Positions 30,021 through 39,027 of a stretch of DNA of 64,000 nt are shown piece after piece. A program made the translations under genes and the position numbers. Location: NCBI GenBank assembly GCA_964415615.1, contig CAYQAW010000005.1, positions 1,902 through 65,901 on the forward strand, read 5' to 3'. Below the pieces are notes generated by a model. That model searched no databases. It saw only the letters and a program-made list of their open reading frames with translations, and was not told where the DNA came from. Each line of letters begins with the position of its first letter. The first letter of the stretch is position 1. The DNA comes from an uncultured Gammaproteobacteria bacterium (GTDB taxonomy: Bacteria > Patescibacteriota > Microgenomatia > Daviesbacterales > UBA10151).

Positions 30021-30983
30021 ATGGTACAGGCAAAAACAATTTTAAAATCCCTGCCCCATATTTTAAAAGAAGTAAATATTCCTAACTTAGGTAAAAGATA
30101 TAATGGTAAGGTTAGAGATTTCTACATAGTAGATGGCAAGAGAATAATTATTACCACAGACAGACAATCTGCTTTTGATGTTATTTTAGGCCATATTCCA
30201 TACAAAGGAGCAGTATTGAACTTACTCTCATCATTTTGGTTTGAAAAAACCAAAGATATAGTCCCAAACCATATTATTTCTATCCCTGACCCAAATGTGT
30301 CTATTACCAAAGATGCCACCTTAATTCCAATTGAGATGGTAGTCAGAGGTTATATTAGTGGAGTTACAAATACATCTATTTGGGGATCTTATGAAAAAGG
30401 GGAAAGAGAAATTTATGGAATTAAATTTCCAGATGGTTTAAAAAAGAATCAAAAGTTGCTTACTCCTGTTATAACTCCTACCACCAAAGCTTCCAAAGGC
30501 CATGATGAAAGGCTAACAGAAAAGGAAATTTTACAAAAAAAGATTGTTAGCCCAAAAATATGGAAACAGATGAAAGAGGTAACTCTAAAACTTTTCGAAA
30601 GAGGAACAAAAATTTGCGCAAAGAAAGGAATAATTTTAGTTGATACGAAATATGAGTTTGGACTTTTGAATGGAAAACTGATTTTAATTGATGAGTTGCA
30701 TACTCCAGATGGATCCAGGTTTTGGATCAAAAAGACATACAAAGAAAGATTTGAAAAAGGCTTGGAGCCAGAAAATTTTGATAAAGAATTCTTAAGGCTT
30801 TGGTATGCCCAAAAAGGTTATAAAGGTAACGGAGTACCCCCTAAAATGAGTAAAGACTTAATAGTAAGTTTATCCCAAAGATATATTTCCATCTATGAAA
30901 AATTAACAGGCAAAAAGTTTAAAGTATTTGAGTATCCAATAGAGGAAAGAATAAAAAATAATTTAAGGAATATATATGCTTGA
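30021..30983 (+). CDS. purC: SAICAR synthetase
   Basis: GKVRD, TDRQSAFD, DTKYEFG, DELHTPD and DKEFLR motifs. Confidence 0.96.
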   Translation: MVQAKTILKSLPHILKEVNIPNLGKRYNGKVRDFYIVDGKRIIITTDRQSAFDVILGHIPYKGAVLNLLSSFWFEKTKDIVPNHIISIPDPNVSITKDATLIPIEMVVRGYISGVTNTSIWGSYEKGEREIYGIKFPDGLKKNQKLLTPVITPTTKASKGHDERLTEKEILQKKIVSPKIWKQMKEVTLKLFERGTKICAKKGIILVDTKYEFGLLNGKLILIDELHTPDGSRFWIKKTYKERFEKGLEPENFDKEFLRLWYAQKGYKGNGVPPKMSKDLIVSLSQRYISIYEKLTGKKFKVFEYPIEERIKNNLRNIYA

Positions 30984-31656
30984 TGGACCAGCACAAATTG
31001 AAGGTAGCAGAGGAGCTTTTTCTTTTCTTCGGGATCGTTTAAAAAACCATCAATGGACTGAAGAGATTGAAGCAAGGTATAATTCCGTAGTAGAACCAGT
31101 AGGGATTGTTTCAGAGAGACAAGGCTTAGTGTCTGTATTTATAGATAGCCAAGCAATTAATGTGTTTGAAAAACACTGGAGGAGATATGGAGGTAGAGAA
31201 GTTGGAGGTTGGTCAATAGGTGAAGAAGGGATGGTTGGTAATCATCCATTTCAGCATATCACAACAGTAATACCAGATTTAGGCAGTTGATCAATGGGAG
31301 ATTTTAAATTCAACGGTTCTTTGGAAGCTCTAAATTATGTCAGACAAAGAAGGACACAAGGGGCAAGACTAGTAATTATAGGGACAGCGCATACTCACCC
31401 AACTGCCTGGTCAGGAAGAATAACTGGACCTGGGAGAGATTCATCTGTTTTTGCAGCATATGATCCTAGTCTGATAGTTGAAGAAGAATGGTCCAAAGTA
31501 AGAACTCACTTAGTTTTAACGCCACAAGATAATAATGCCTTGGATATTTGGCAAGCAAAATCTACCAAAGAACCTTGGGAAAAAAGATTAGTGAGAAATG
31601 GATATTTTCTTTTGCAGCCTAAGAATACTCCCCGAAGTAGGATAAAATTACTTTAG
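30976..31656 (+). pseudogene. Possible JAB/MPN-like protein interrupted by one in-frame TGA (31288-31290)
   Basis: Two ORFs in one frame separated only by TGA-TCA; REVGGW in first half, IIGTAHTHP in second. Confidence 0.5.
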
Positions 31657-31673
31657 TGATATTTAATCTAATA

Positions 31674-31710
31674 AACTTTACTTAAACTTGACGATCGTTA
31701 CAAATAAGTA
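31674..31710 (+). repeat. 37-bp CGATCG-cored site, copy A (overlaps TTGACG -35 of PaaX-like gene)
   Basis: aactttacttaaacttgacgatcgttacaaataagta; related copies at 32225-32261 (+) and 41958-41994 (-). Confidence 0.75.
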
Positions 31711-31728
31711 TATTCTGAAAATATACCA

Positions 31729-32232
31729 ATGATTAAGAAAAATTCATTGAGCTATTTTTTGCTATTAGGTTTGGAGAAATCAATTCAAAGCGGAGTTTTG
31801 TTGATGGATTTTGCCTATAATTCCCACCTTTATGTTTACCCTGGACGTGACCCAAGAGAAATTAATTATGGTGCTCTTTATCAGGCAGTTAGAGATCTGC
31901 GCGAAAAGGGTTTTATTGAAACAGAAAAAGATGGGAGCAAGCTTTTATTGAAGTTGACAGAGACAGGAAGACAAGAAGCTATCATCAGAAAATTACTTAC
32001 AGAAGAAGTCTTGGATGGTAAATGGAGAGTTGTCATTTTTGATATTCCAGAAAAGCATAAAAAATTAAGGCACGCCTTAAGGTGGAAATTAAGAGAGTGG
32101 GAATTTATTCCCTGGCAAAAGAGTGTTTGGATATCTAAAAAAGATTTAGTAGTTCCATTAAGAAATTTTATAAACGAGATAGATATTTCTCAATGGGTTA
32201 AAGTGTTTACAGCAGAGGATATCAATCTTTAG
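31729..32232 (+). CDS. PaaX-like transcriptional regulator (wHTH + Cas2-like central domain)
   Basis: LREKGFI..LTETG, DGKWRVVIFDIPEK and QKSVW motifs. Confidence 0.88.
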   Translation: MIKKNSLSYFLLLGLEKSIQSGVLLMDFAYNSHLYVYPGRDPREINYGALYQAVRDLREKGFIETEKDGSKLLLKLTETGRQEAIIRKLLTEEVLDGKWRVVIFDIPEKHKKLRHALRWKLREWEFIPWQKSVWISKKDLVVPLRNFINEIDISQWVKVFTAEDINL

Positions 32233-32263
32233 CTAAACTTAACGATCGTTAATATTTAGTAAA
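32225..32263 (+). repeat. CGATCG-cored site, copy B (imperfect palindrome)
   Basis: ctttagctaaac-ttaacgatcgttaa-tatttagtaaag overlapping the PaaX-like stop codon. Confidence 0.75.
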
Positions 32264-32295
32264 GTAACTGAAAGTTATAAAGTCATATTGATCAC

Positions 32296-32817
32296 TTATA
32301 TTTCCTTATACATATAAATGTGATCTACAAATTTTCCTTTGTGAAGGATGCCCTTGGGGAGTCTGCCGTATTCAACAAATCCCCTTTTTTCATACAAACT
32401 TTTTGCTATTGGGTTGTCTCCAAAAACTCCCAGATCAATTATTTTTAGACCTGTTAAATTCTTTTTAGCTTCTTTTAAAACTTTTTCCATCAAAGTTTTA
32501 CCTATACCTTTATTTCTAAAATTCTTTGCCAAAGTAATACCAAAAACTCCAATATGTTTTTCAGCCCTATCTTTCATTGTTATCCCAGAAACACCAATTA
32601 ATTTGTCTCCAGCAAATGCAAAAATTTGGACAGACTTTTTATCAATAATCTTTTTCAACTCTCCCTCAAGCCATTTTGCTTCCATTTCCCAGGTAATCTC
32701 CTCTCCCTGAAAAAGAATAAAAGTTTGCTCTTTGGAGATAGTATTAATATATTCCCAGACAGCTTTTAGGTCATTTTTGGTAGGGTAACGGAAGGTAATA
32801 TTTTTTGTCAGTTTCAT
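32296..32817 (-). CDS. GNAT family N-acetyltransferase
   Basis: FRNKGIGKTL acetyl-CoA motif; NPIAKSLYEKRGF. Confidence 0.9.
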   Translation of the reverse strand: MKLTKNITFRYPTKNDLKAVWEYINTISKEQTFILFQGEEITWEMEAKWLEGELKKIIDKKSVQIFAFAGDKLIGVSGITMKDRAEKHIGVFGITLAKNFRNKGIGKTLMEKVLKEAKKNLTGLKIIDLGVFGDNPIAKSLYEKRGFVEYGRLPKGILHKGKFVDHIYMYKEI

Positions 32818-32839
32818 GATATAATTATATCAAGGCAAT

Positions 32840-33823
32840 ATGGCAACCAACAATGGGTTTGTACTTTTAACAGGAACTGCAAATTTACCCCTAGCCCGAG
32901 ATATTGCCAAAATTTTAGGAAGAGAAGTTGATGAAACTGTGACTGTTTTTGCAGATGGTGAGAAAAGAATTGTTATCCCCGAGAATTTGAGAAGAAGAGA
33001 TGTTTTTATTATTCAGCCAACTTGTCCTCCTCAAGTTGATGCCAATATCATGGAGCTGCTTTTAATAATAGATGCAGCAAAAAGATCATCTGCTGCAGAG
33101 ATTTCCGCTATAATTCCTTATTTTGGATATTCCAGGCAGGATAGAAAAGACAGACCCAGGGTTCCTATTTCTGCTTCTTTGGTTGCAGGGTTGATAGAGC
33201 ATGCGGGAGCAGATAGGATTGTGACAGTTGATATTCATAGCGAGCAAGAGCCAGGATTTATTAAAAGCCCCTGGGATGTTTTATACAGCAGCTATTCTCT
33301 GCTGCCGAAACTAGAAAAATACTTTGGAAAAAACCTGGTGGTAGCATCACCTGATAAAGGTGGAGTTCCAAAGGCTGCATTTTTTGCAGAACTTTTAGAA
33401 GCAGATGGAGTTGCTATAGTTTTTAAAGAAAGGGATGTAATGCAGAGAAATTCCAGTAAGGTTTTAGATATGATAGGTCATGTTGAAGGCAAAGATGTTT
33501 TAATTGTTGATGATATGATTGATACTGCAGGAACTGTATGTGATGCTGCGCAGTTGTTTGCCCAAAGAGGAGCAAAAAGTATTTCTGTTGCTGCTACTCA
33601 TGGAATCTTTTCTGATCCAGCTCCTGGCAGACTAGAAAAATCTGTTATAGAAAAGATTTTTATTACAGATACTGTGCCAATCAGAAAAGAAATGCTGCAA
33701 AATTCTAAATTAACTGTTATTTCTGTGGCAGAACTTTTGGCAGAGGCTATTAAACGTATTTATAATGGTGATTCACTCTCGGAAGAGCTAATACCTAAAA
33801 CTCACAAAGAAGAGAGAAACTAA
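32840..33823 (+). CDS. prs: Ribose-phosphate pyrophosphokinase
   Basis: FADGE, PYFGYSRQDR, SPDKGG and VDDMIDTAGT motifs. Confidence 0.97.
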   Translation: MATNNGFVLLTGTANLPLARDIAKILGREVDETVTVFADGEKRIVIPENLRRRDVFIIQPTCPPQVDANIMELLLIIDAAKRSSAAEISAIIPYFGYSRQDRKDRPRVPISASLVAGLIEHAGADRIVTVDIHSEQEPGFIKSPWDVLYSSYSLLPKLEKYFGKNLVVASPDKGGVPKAAFFAELLEADGVAIVFKERDVMQRNSSKVLDMIGHVEGKDVLIVDDMIDTAGTVCDAAQLFAQRGAKSISVAATHGIFSDPAPGRLEKSVIEKIFITDTVPIRKEMLQNSKLTVISVAELLAEAIKRIYNGDSLSEELIPKTHKEERN

Positions 33824-34923
33824 CGCAACCCTAAAGTTTCAGCATTAAAGACAATATTTTTAGGTTTGATAACTATTTGTTTTAGTCCTTTTTTAACGAC
33901 TCCTGCATTCCAGGATTTGAAACCATTTTCTGCAATTTTCTTTTGAGCTTTTTCTGCTTGATCTGTTGGTAAATATATAGCAAAGCCTGCGCCCATGTTA
34001 AAGGTGCCATACATTTCCTTATTACTGCTTCCAGAGTGTTCCTGAATAAAGTTAAAGATTGGAGGAATTGGAGGAATTTGAGCAAGTAGGTAAGTAAAAT
34101 TTCTGTCTGCTCTCATGAGTTTTCTCCAACCATGCCCAGTAATATTGACCATATAATGAATATCTACATTATTTTCAAACAAAGATTTTATTAGCTTTAC
34201 ATAAATATGAGAAGGAATAAGTAGTGTGTCACCAAATGATGTACCATCAGGCAGTTTAGTAGCATATCCATTTGGTAAACTCTCAGCGAGCTTTCTTGCT
34301 AAGGATAAACCATTTGTATGAATACCACTGCTTTCTATCAGTATTATTGTATCTTGATCTTGCAATTTATCTTCCAAAGTGAGTCTACTTTTAGGCTTTA
34401 CTATCCCAATGCATGCTCCTGCCAGGTCTATAGTGTCAGGGTTAATAATACCTGTAAGTCCAGGTGTTTCACCACCACCCCATGTTACTCCTGCCAAATT
34501 ACAAGCCTGTGCCCAGCCATCTATTAAAGATTGAGAGCGGGAGGTATCAGAAAACCAACCTGGTCCACCTGATCCAAAATATGCATTTACAACCTGTGGT
34601 ATGGCTCCAACTGTGAGGATATCATTTACAATTGCAGCTACTGTGTCTTGAGCAATTTGATCATAATAAGTTTTGCCAGTGATTTTTTGCATCTGATCTG
34701 CGACTAAGTTTTTAGTACCCAATCCTTCAACAACAAATGCCCGATAAGAATCTTCCTCTTCCCAAACATAAGCAGACTCACCTCTGCTTTGCTCAACTTC
34801 TTTGGCTCCAAAGTATAATAGGTTTTTGGAAGTTTGCTTACCTGCTTGTTGAGCAGATTTTTTTAGAGGATCTATTACTGAATAGTCAACACCAGTTTGA
34901 GCATAATTAATTTTAGATTTCAT
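33820..34923 (-). CDS. purM: AIR synthetase
   Basis: YAQTGVD, EGLGTK, GGETP, SSGIHTNG, NITGHG and TFNMGAG motifs; ATG at 34923 preferred. Confidence 0.93.
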   Translation of the reverse strand: MKSKINYAQTGVDYSVIDPLKKSAQQAGKQTSKNLLYFGAKEVEQSRGESAYVWEEEDSYRAFVVEGLGTKNLVADQMQKITGKTYYDQIAQDTVAAIVNDILTVGAIPQVVNAYFGSGGPGWFSDTSRSQSLIDGWAQACNLAGVTWGGGETPGLTGIINPDTIDLAGACIGIVKPKSRLTLEDKLQDQDTIILIESSGIHTNGLSLARKLAESLPNGYATKLPDGTSFGDTLLIPSHIYVKLIKSLFENNVDIHYMVNITGHGWRKLMRADRNFTYLLAQIPPIPPIFNFIQEHSGSSNKEMYGTFNMGAGFAIYLPTDQAEKAQKKIAENGFKSWNAGVVKKGLKQIVIKPKNIVFNAETLGLR

Positions 34924-34954
34924 GAACTTATGATACCATATAGTTTCCAATCTC

Positions 34955-35815
34955 ATGAAAAAAGCACGTACCCCTAATCATAAATCTTCTAAAAAATTAA
35001 TTTCATCATTGACCTTAATTCTGATATTTCTAAGTGTTTGTGTAATTTACCAATCATTTTATTTTAGAAAATCTATCCCTGATATGACAGAGTTACCTAA
35101 AGATGTAAAACAATCAATTAAAGATGTAAAACCCCAAAAAAACCTAGAGGTGCCAATACTTTTATATCATTATGTAGAGTATGTCAAAGATCCTGGAGAC
35201 ACTATCAGAAAATCTTTGAATATTTTACCTCCTACTTTTGAAGTTGAAATAAAAACCTTAAAAGACGCAGGCTACTCTTTTGTTACGATGGCTGATTTAG
35301 CAAATGCTTTAGATGATAGAGTAACTTTATCTCCTAAATCTGTAATCTTAACTTTTGATGATGGTTACAGGGATTTTTATACGGATGTATTTCCTATTCT
35401 AAAAAGACAACAGGTAAAAGCTACTGTTTTTATTGTGCCAAATTTTTTAGATAAACCAAATAATATGGATACATGGATGATTAAAGAAATTGCCCAAAGT
35501 GGTTTAGTAGAAATAGGAGCCCATACAATGAATCATACATATTTGACTAGTTTACCTTTGAAAAGAGTAGAGTATGAAGTGATACAAAGTAAGAAATATT
35601 TAGAGAAGCTTTTGGGGTATAGAATTGTTTCCTTTGCTTATCCTTATGGAGCTTTTGATAATACTACTATTGATGTAGTGAAAAAGGCAGGTTTTAGATC
35701 TGCTGTGACGACTATTTCTGGTTTTTTCACTCAAGATTTAAACAGGTTTTTCCTTTATAGAATAAGGCCAGGGGGTAGGGTAGGAGAATCACTTTTAGAG
35801 CTGCTTAAATTCTAA
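34955..35815 (+). CDS. Polysaccharide deacetylase (NodB domain) with N-terminal membrane anchor
   Basis: PILLYH, LTFDDGY, HTMNH and FAYPYG motifs. Confidence 0.93.
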   Translation: MKKARTPNHKSSKKLISSLTLILIFLSVCVIYQSFYFRKSIPDMTELPKDVKQSIKDVKPQKNLEVPILLYHYVEYVKDPGDTIRKSLNILPPTFEVEIKTLKDAGYSFVTMADLANALDDRVTLSPKSVILTFDDGYRDFYTDVFPILKRQQVKATVFIVPNFLDKPNNMDTWMIKEIAQSGLVEIGAHTMNHTYLTSLPLKRVEYEVIQSKKYLEKLLGYRIVSFAYPYGAFDNTTIDVVKKAGFRSAVTTISGFFTQDLNRFFLYRIRPGGRVGESLLELLKF

Positions 35816-35819
35816 AGAT

Positions 35820-36083
35820 ATGAGGATTTTTGTAAAAGCTAGACCAAAAAGTAAAAAAGAATATATTAAAAGAGAAGGGGAAGGTAGTTTTATAGTGGCA
35901 GTAAAAGAGGTGTCAGAAAAAGGAAAAGCAAATCAAGCAATTATAAAAGCCCTAGCTGAATTTTTTAATATTCCAATCTCTTCCATAGTTTTGGTTTCTG
36001 GACAAACTTTTAAACAAAAAGTATTTGAAATTCCTTTAAGTTTGAGAGATCTTGAAAAAACTTACGATCTTACATTATTCTAA
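35820..36083 (+). CDS. DUF167 (YggU/UPF0235) protein
   Basis: VKARPKSK..GKANQAII..LVSG pattern. Confidence 0.88.
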   Translation: MRIFVKARPKSKKEYIKREGEGSFIVAVKEVSEKGKANQAIIKALAEFFNIPISSIVLVSGQTFKQKVFEIPLSLRDLEKTYDLTLF

Positions 36084-36140
36084 CTATCTTCTTATATATT
36101 TGTGATATTTAAAAGTGTATACTAAAAAAGATTTAGATTA

Positions 36141-36584
36141 ATGAATAATAATAAAATTATTATTGGAATAATAGTTATAGCCTTGGTTGTAGGAATAGTA
36201 TTTATTGTTAGTAGTAATAAAGGTTATACACCCTCAAGTCCTACTTTGACTACTACTCCTCAGGCGACGATCGAGCCAACTTCACAAGCAACTGTTTCTT
36301 CACAAATTATCCAAGAGCAAAATACAATAACATTAGATTCTTCAGGGTTTTCGCCTAACTCTTTAACTGTTAAGGCCGGAGATAAAGTTACCTGGGTTAA
36401 CAAAAGCGGTGCTGATGCATCCGTAAATTCCAGCCCTCATCCTACTCATACAGATTACTTACCACTTAATTTAGATGCTTTTCCTGATAATGGAACACTT
36501 TCTTTAACCTTTGATAAATCAGGTACTTACAAATATCATAATCATTTAAATCCCAGCCAATTTGGCACGATTGTTGTTGAATAA
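36141..36584 (+). CDS. Membrane-anchored cupredoxin (plastocyanin-like)
   Basis: FSPNSLTVKAGDKVTWVN, HPTH and GTYKYHNHLNP; canonical Cys ligand absent. Confidence 0.82.
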   Translation: MNNNKIIIGIIVIALVVGIVFIVSSNKGYTPSSPTLTTTPQATIEPTSQATVSSQIIQEQNTITLDSSGFSPNSLTVKAGDKVTWVNKSGADASVNSSPHPTHTDYLPLNLDAFPDNGTLSLTFDKSGTYKYHNHLNPSQFGTIVVE

Positions 36585-36635
36585 TTTCCTCCTTACAATT
36601 GAATTATTCCTTGGTAGTTACTGTATAATTTCTAT

Positions 36636-37523
36636 ATGGGTAGGCATGCTAGAAGAATAACTCTCTTTATACCTATAGCTTATATTATTGTTGTTAGTAT
36701 TTTTCTGTTTTGGCACAGGGTAGGATTTTCTCCTGATCAGTTTTTTGCAGTTGCCCTTCTTATTACTCTTATTATTGGCAGATCAAAACAATTTGTGCTG
36801 GATTGGTCGGTTCCTGTGGTTTTATTTTTGAGTTATGACTATTTGAGAGGACTCCTGCCTAAATTAACTCAGCAAGCCCATATATTCCCAATGATTAATT
36901 TTGACCAAGCAATTTTTGGAAATTTACCTACAAATAGTTTACAAAATGTGTTTTATTCTGACGGAGCAATTCATTGGTACGATTATTTGGCAACTGTTTT
37001 ATATATGTCACATTTTGTAGTCCCTATGGTGGTGGCTTTCTTATTTTGGTTAAAAAGCAGGGAAGATTTTAGGAATTATTCTCTAACTCTTTTAGTTTTA
37101 TCTTATGCTGCCTTTATAACCTTTCTTATATTTCCAGCAATGCCCCCTTGGATGGCTGCCCAAAAGGGTCTTATTCCGGAGATTACTAAAATAATGGATC
37201 AGGTTTTTGCAAATCTGCCTCAACGGGTTGATCTGCCCAGCTTTTATAAATTTGTTGGCGCTAATTTAGTGGCAGCGGTCCCATCCTTACATGCAGCTTA
37301 TCCTGTGATTACTTTTTTGTTTTTAGCGCGAAAATATAGAAAGTGGGGTTTGCTGATTTTACCCTATGTTCTGGGTATATGGTTCTCTATAGTTTATCTT
37401 GGGGAACATTATGTTCTTGATATTGTGGTTGGTGTTGTGTATTCCCTAATTGCATTTAGCTTAGTTATGTATAGCGGAGAAATTTGGCGGCGAAATCCGA
37501 AAATATACAATTTAAATAAATGA
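36636..37523 (+). CDS. PAP2/Aur1-like membrane phosphoesterase
   Basis: PAMPPW, AAVPSLH and GEHYVLD motifs; multiple TM segments. Confidence 0.88.
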   Translation: MGRHARRITLFIPIAYIIVVSIFLFWHRVGFSPDQFFAVALLITLIIGRSKQFVLDWSVPVVLFLSYDYLRGLLPKLTQQAHIFPMINFDQAIFGNLPTNSLQNVFYSDGAIHWYDYLATVLYMSHFVVPMVVAFLFWLKSREDFRNYSLTLLVLSYAAFITFLIFPAMPPWMAAQKGLIPEITKIMDQVFANLPQRVDLPSFYKFVGANLVAAVPSLHAAYPVITFLFLARKYRKWGLLILPYVLGIWFSIVYLGEHYVLDIVVGVVYSLIAFSLVMYSGEIWRRNPKIYNLNK

Positions 37524-38911
37524 AAATCATTGATGACTTATTAAATGGTATTACCATGTATCGCTTAATGCTGTATGTTTTGTTATTTCTTGTTTCTGTT
37601 GCCATAATTTTGAGTTTTTTTAGACTCTTACCATTTGATCCTATTAGCTTATTTTTATCTGCAGCTTTTTTAACTTTAGTTTGTTGGGTAACAAACACTA
37701 TTTTTGCTAAACTTTTTAAAGTTCCTACTAATTTTGAGTCAGTCTATATAACAGCACTGATTTTGACTTTAATTTTGACTCCTGCAAGAACCCCTCATAG
37801 TTTTGTCTTTTTTTTCTGGGTAGCAGTCATCTCGCAATCTTCCAAATATATTTTAGCTATCAACAAAAAACACTTTTTTAATCCAGCAGCTTTTGCAGTA
37901 GCTTTAATTGGCGGGGCCAGCTGGTGGGTAGGTACAATCTGGATGACACCATTTGTTTTGGTAGCAGGATTGTTAGTTGTAAGAAAGATTAGAAAGTTTG
38001 TTTTAGTATTCAGTTTTCTTTTTGTCGCATTAACTTTAATGCCAGTTTCTCAGAAATTAATTCTGGATACACCAATACTTTTCTTTGCTTTAGTGATGCT
38101 AATAGAACCATTAACAACTCCTCCAAATAAAAAATTGCAAGTAATTTATGGGGGTTTAGTAGGAATAGGATTTTCCCAGGTGACACCAGAAATTGCCCTT
38201 TTAGTTGGTAATATTTTTTCCTATATTGTTAGTCCTAAAGAAAAATTGTTACTTATCTTAAAAGAAAAAATACAACTTACTACGGATATTTATGATTTCG
38301 TATTTGGTTTGGATAAAAAATTGAGATTTTTACCAGGACAATATATGGAGTGGACATTGAATAATAAGCCTGATAGTAGGGGAAACAGAAGATATTTCAC
38401 TATTGCTTCATCACCTACAGAAAAGAATCTGCATATTGGTGTAAAATTTTACCCCGATTCTTCCAGTTTTAAGAGGACATTAATATCTTTAAGCCCCGGA
38501 GATGAAATAATAGCTGGACAACTTTCTGGAGAATTTATCCTGCCAGAAGATGTAAGCAAGAAGCTTTGTTTTATCGCAGGAGGAATTGGGATAACTCCTT
38601 ACAGAAGTATTATCAAATATTTACAGGATATTAGTCAAAGAAGAGATATAATTTTACTTTATTCGAGTAAAAAAGAATCAGACTTTGTTTATAAGGATAT
38701 TTTAAACTATGTAAAAACTATTTATATAGTAACAGAAAAAGGACAATTTATTGATGAAACAATGATAAAAATGCAAATTCCTGATTTCAAAGACAGGATT
38801 TTTTATATCTCAGGCCCACACAGTATGGTGGATGCTTTTGAAAAAACTCTGAAAGAGATGGGGATATCTAATAACCAAATTAAGGTAGATTTCTTTCCTG
38901 GATATGCCTAA
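37520..38911 (+). CDS. RnfD/NqrB-like membrane domain fused to FNR-type oxidoreductase
   Basis: KHFFNPA and EPLTTP membrane part; PGQY, RRYFTIASSP, IAGGIGITP and YISGP FNR motifs. Confidence 0.88.
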   Translation: MKIIDDLLNGITMYRLMLYVLLFLVSVAIILSFFRLLPFDPISLFLSAAFLTLVCWVTNTIFAKLFKVPTNFESVYITALILTLILTPARTPHSFVFFFWVAVISQSSKYILAINKKHFFNPAAFAVALIGGASWWVGTIWMTPFVLVAGLLVVRKIRKFVLVFSFLFVALTLMPVSQKLILDTPILFFALVMLIEPLTTPPNKKLQVIYGGLVGIGFSQVTPEIALLVGNIFSYIVSPKEKLLLILKEKIQLTTDIYDFVFGLDKKLRFLPGQYMEWTLNNKPDSRGNRRYFTIASSPTEKNLHIGVKFYPDSSSFKRTLISLSPGDEIIAGQLSGEFILPEDVSKKLCFIAGGIGITPYRSIIKYLQDISQRRDIILLYSSKKESDFVYKDILNYVKTIYIVTEKGQFIDETMIKMQIPDFKDRIFYISGPHSMVDAFEKTLKEMGISNNQIKVDFFPGYA

Positions 38912-39027
38912 CTTTGCTGTTGCATGTATTACTCTGATGTATTAAATGCTCCTTTCTGAGCCTGTATTTGATACTGCCATGCAAAGGACTATAGACTTTT
39001 TAAAGAAGTATCTGAAATAATGTAAAT

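Noticed and set aside
31288-31290. TGA recoding (genetic code 25 or 4)
   Set aside because: TGA terminates purL, purC, ppsA and others, and core genes have no internal TGA.
31729-32232. Cas2/CRISPR system
   Set aside because: The Cas2-like VIFDIPE segment is part of a PaaX-like regulator; no other cas genes and no repeat-spacer array are seen.
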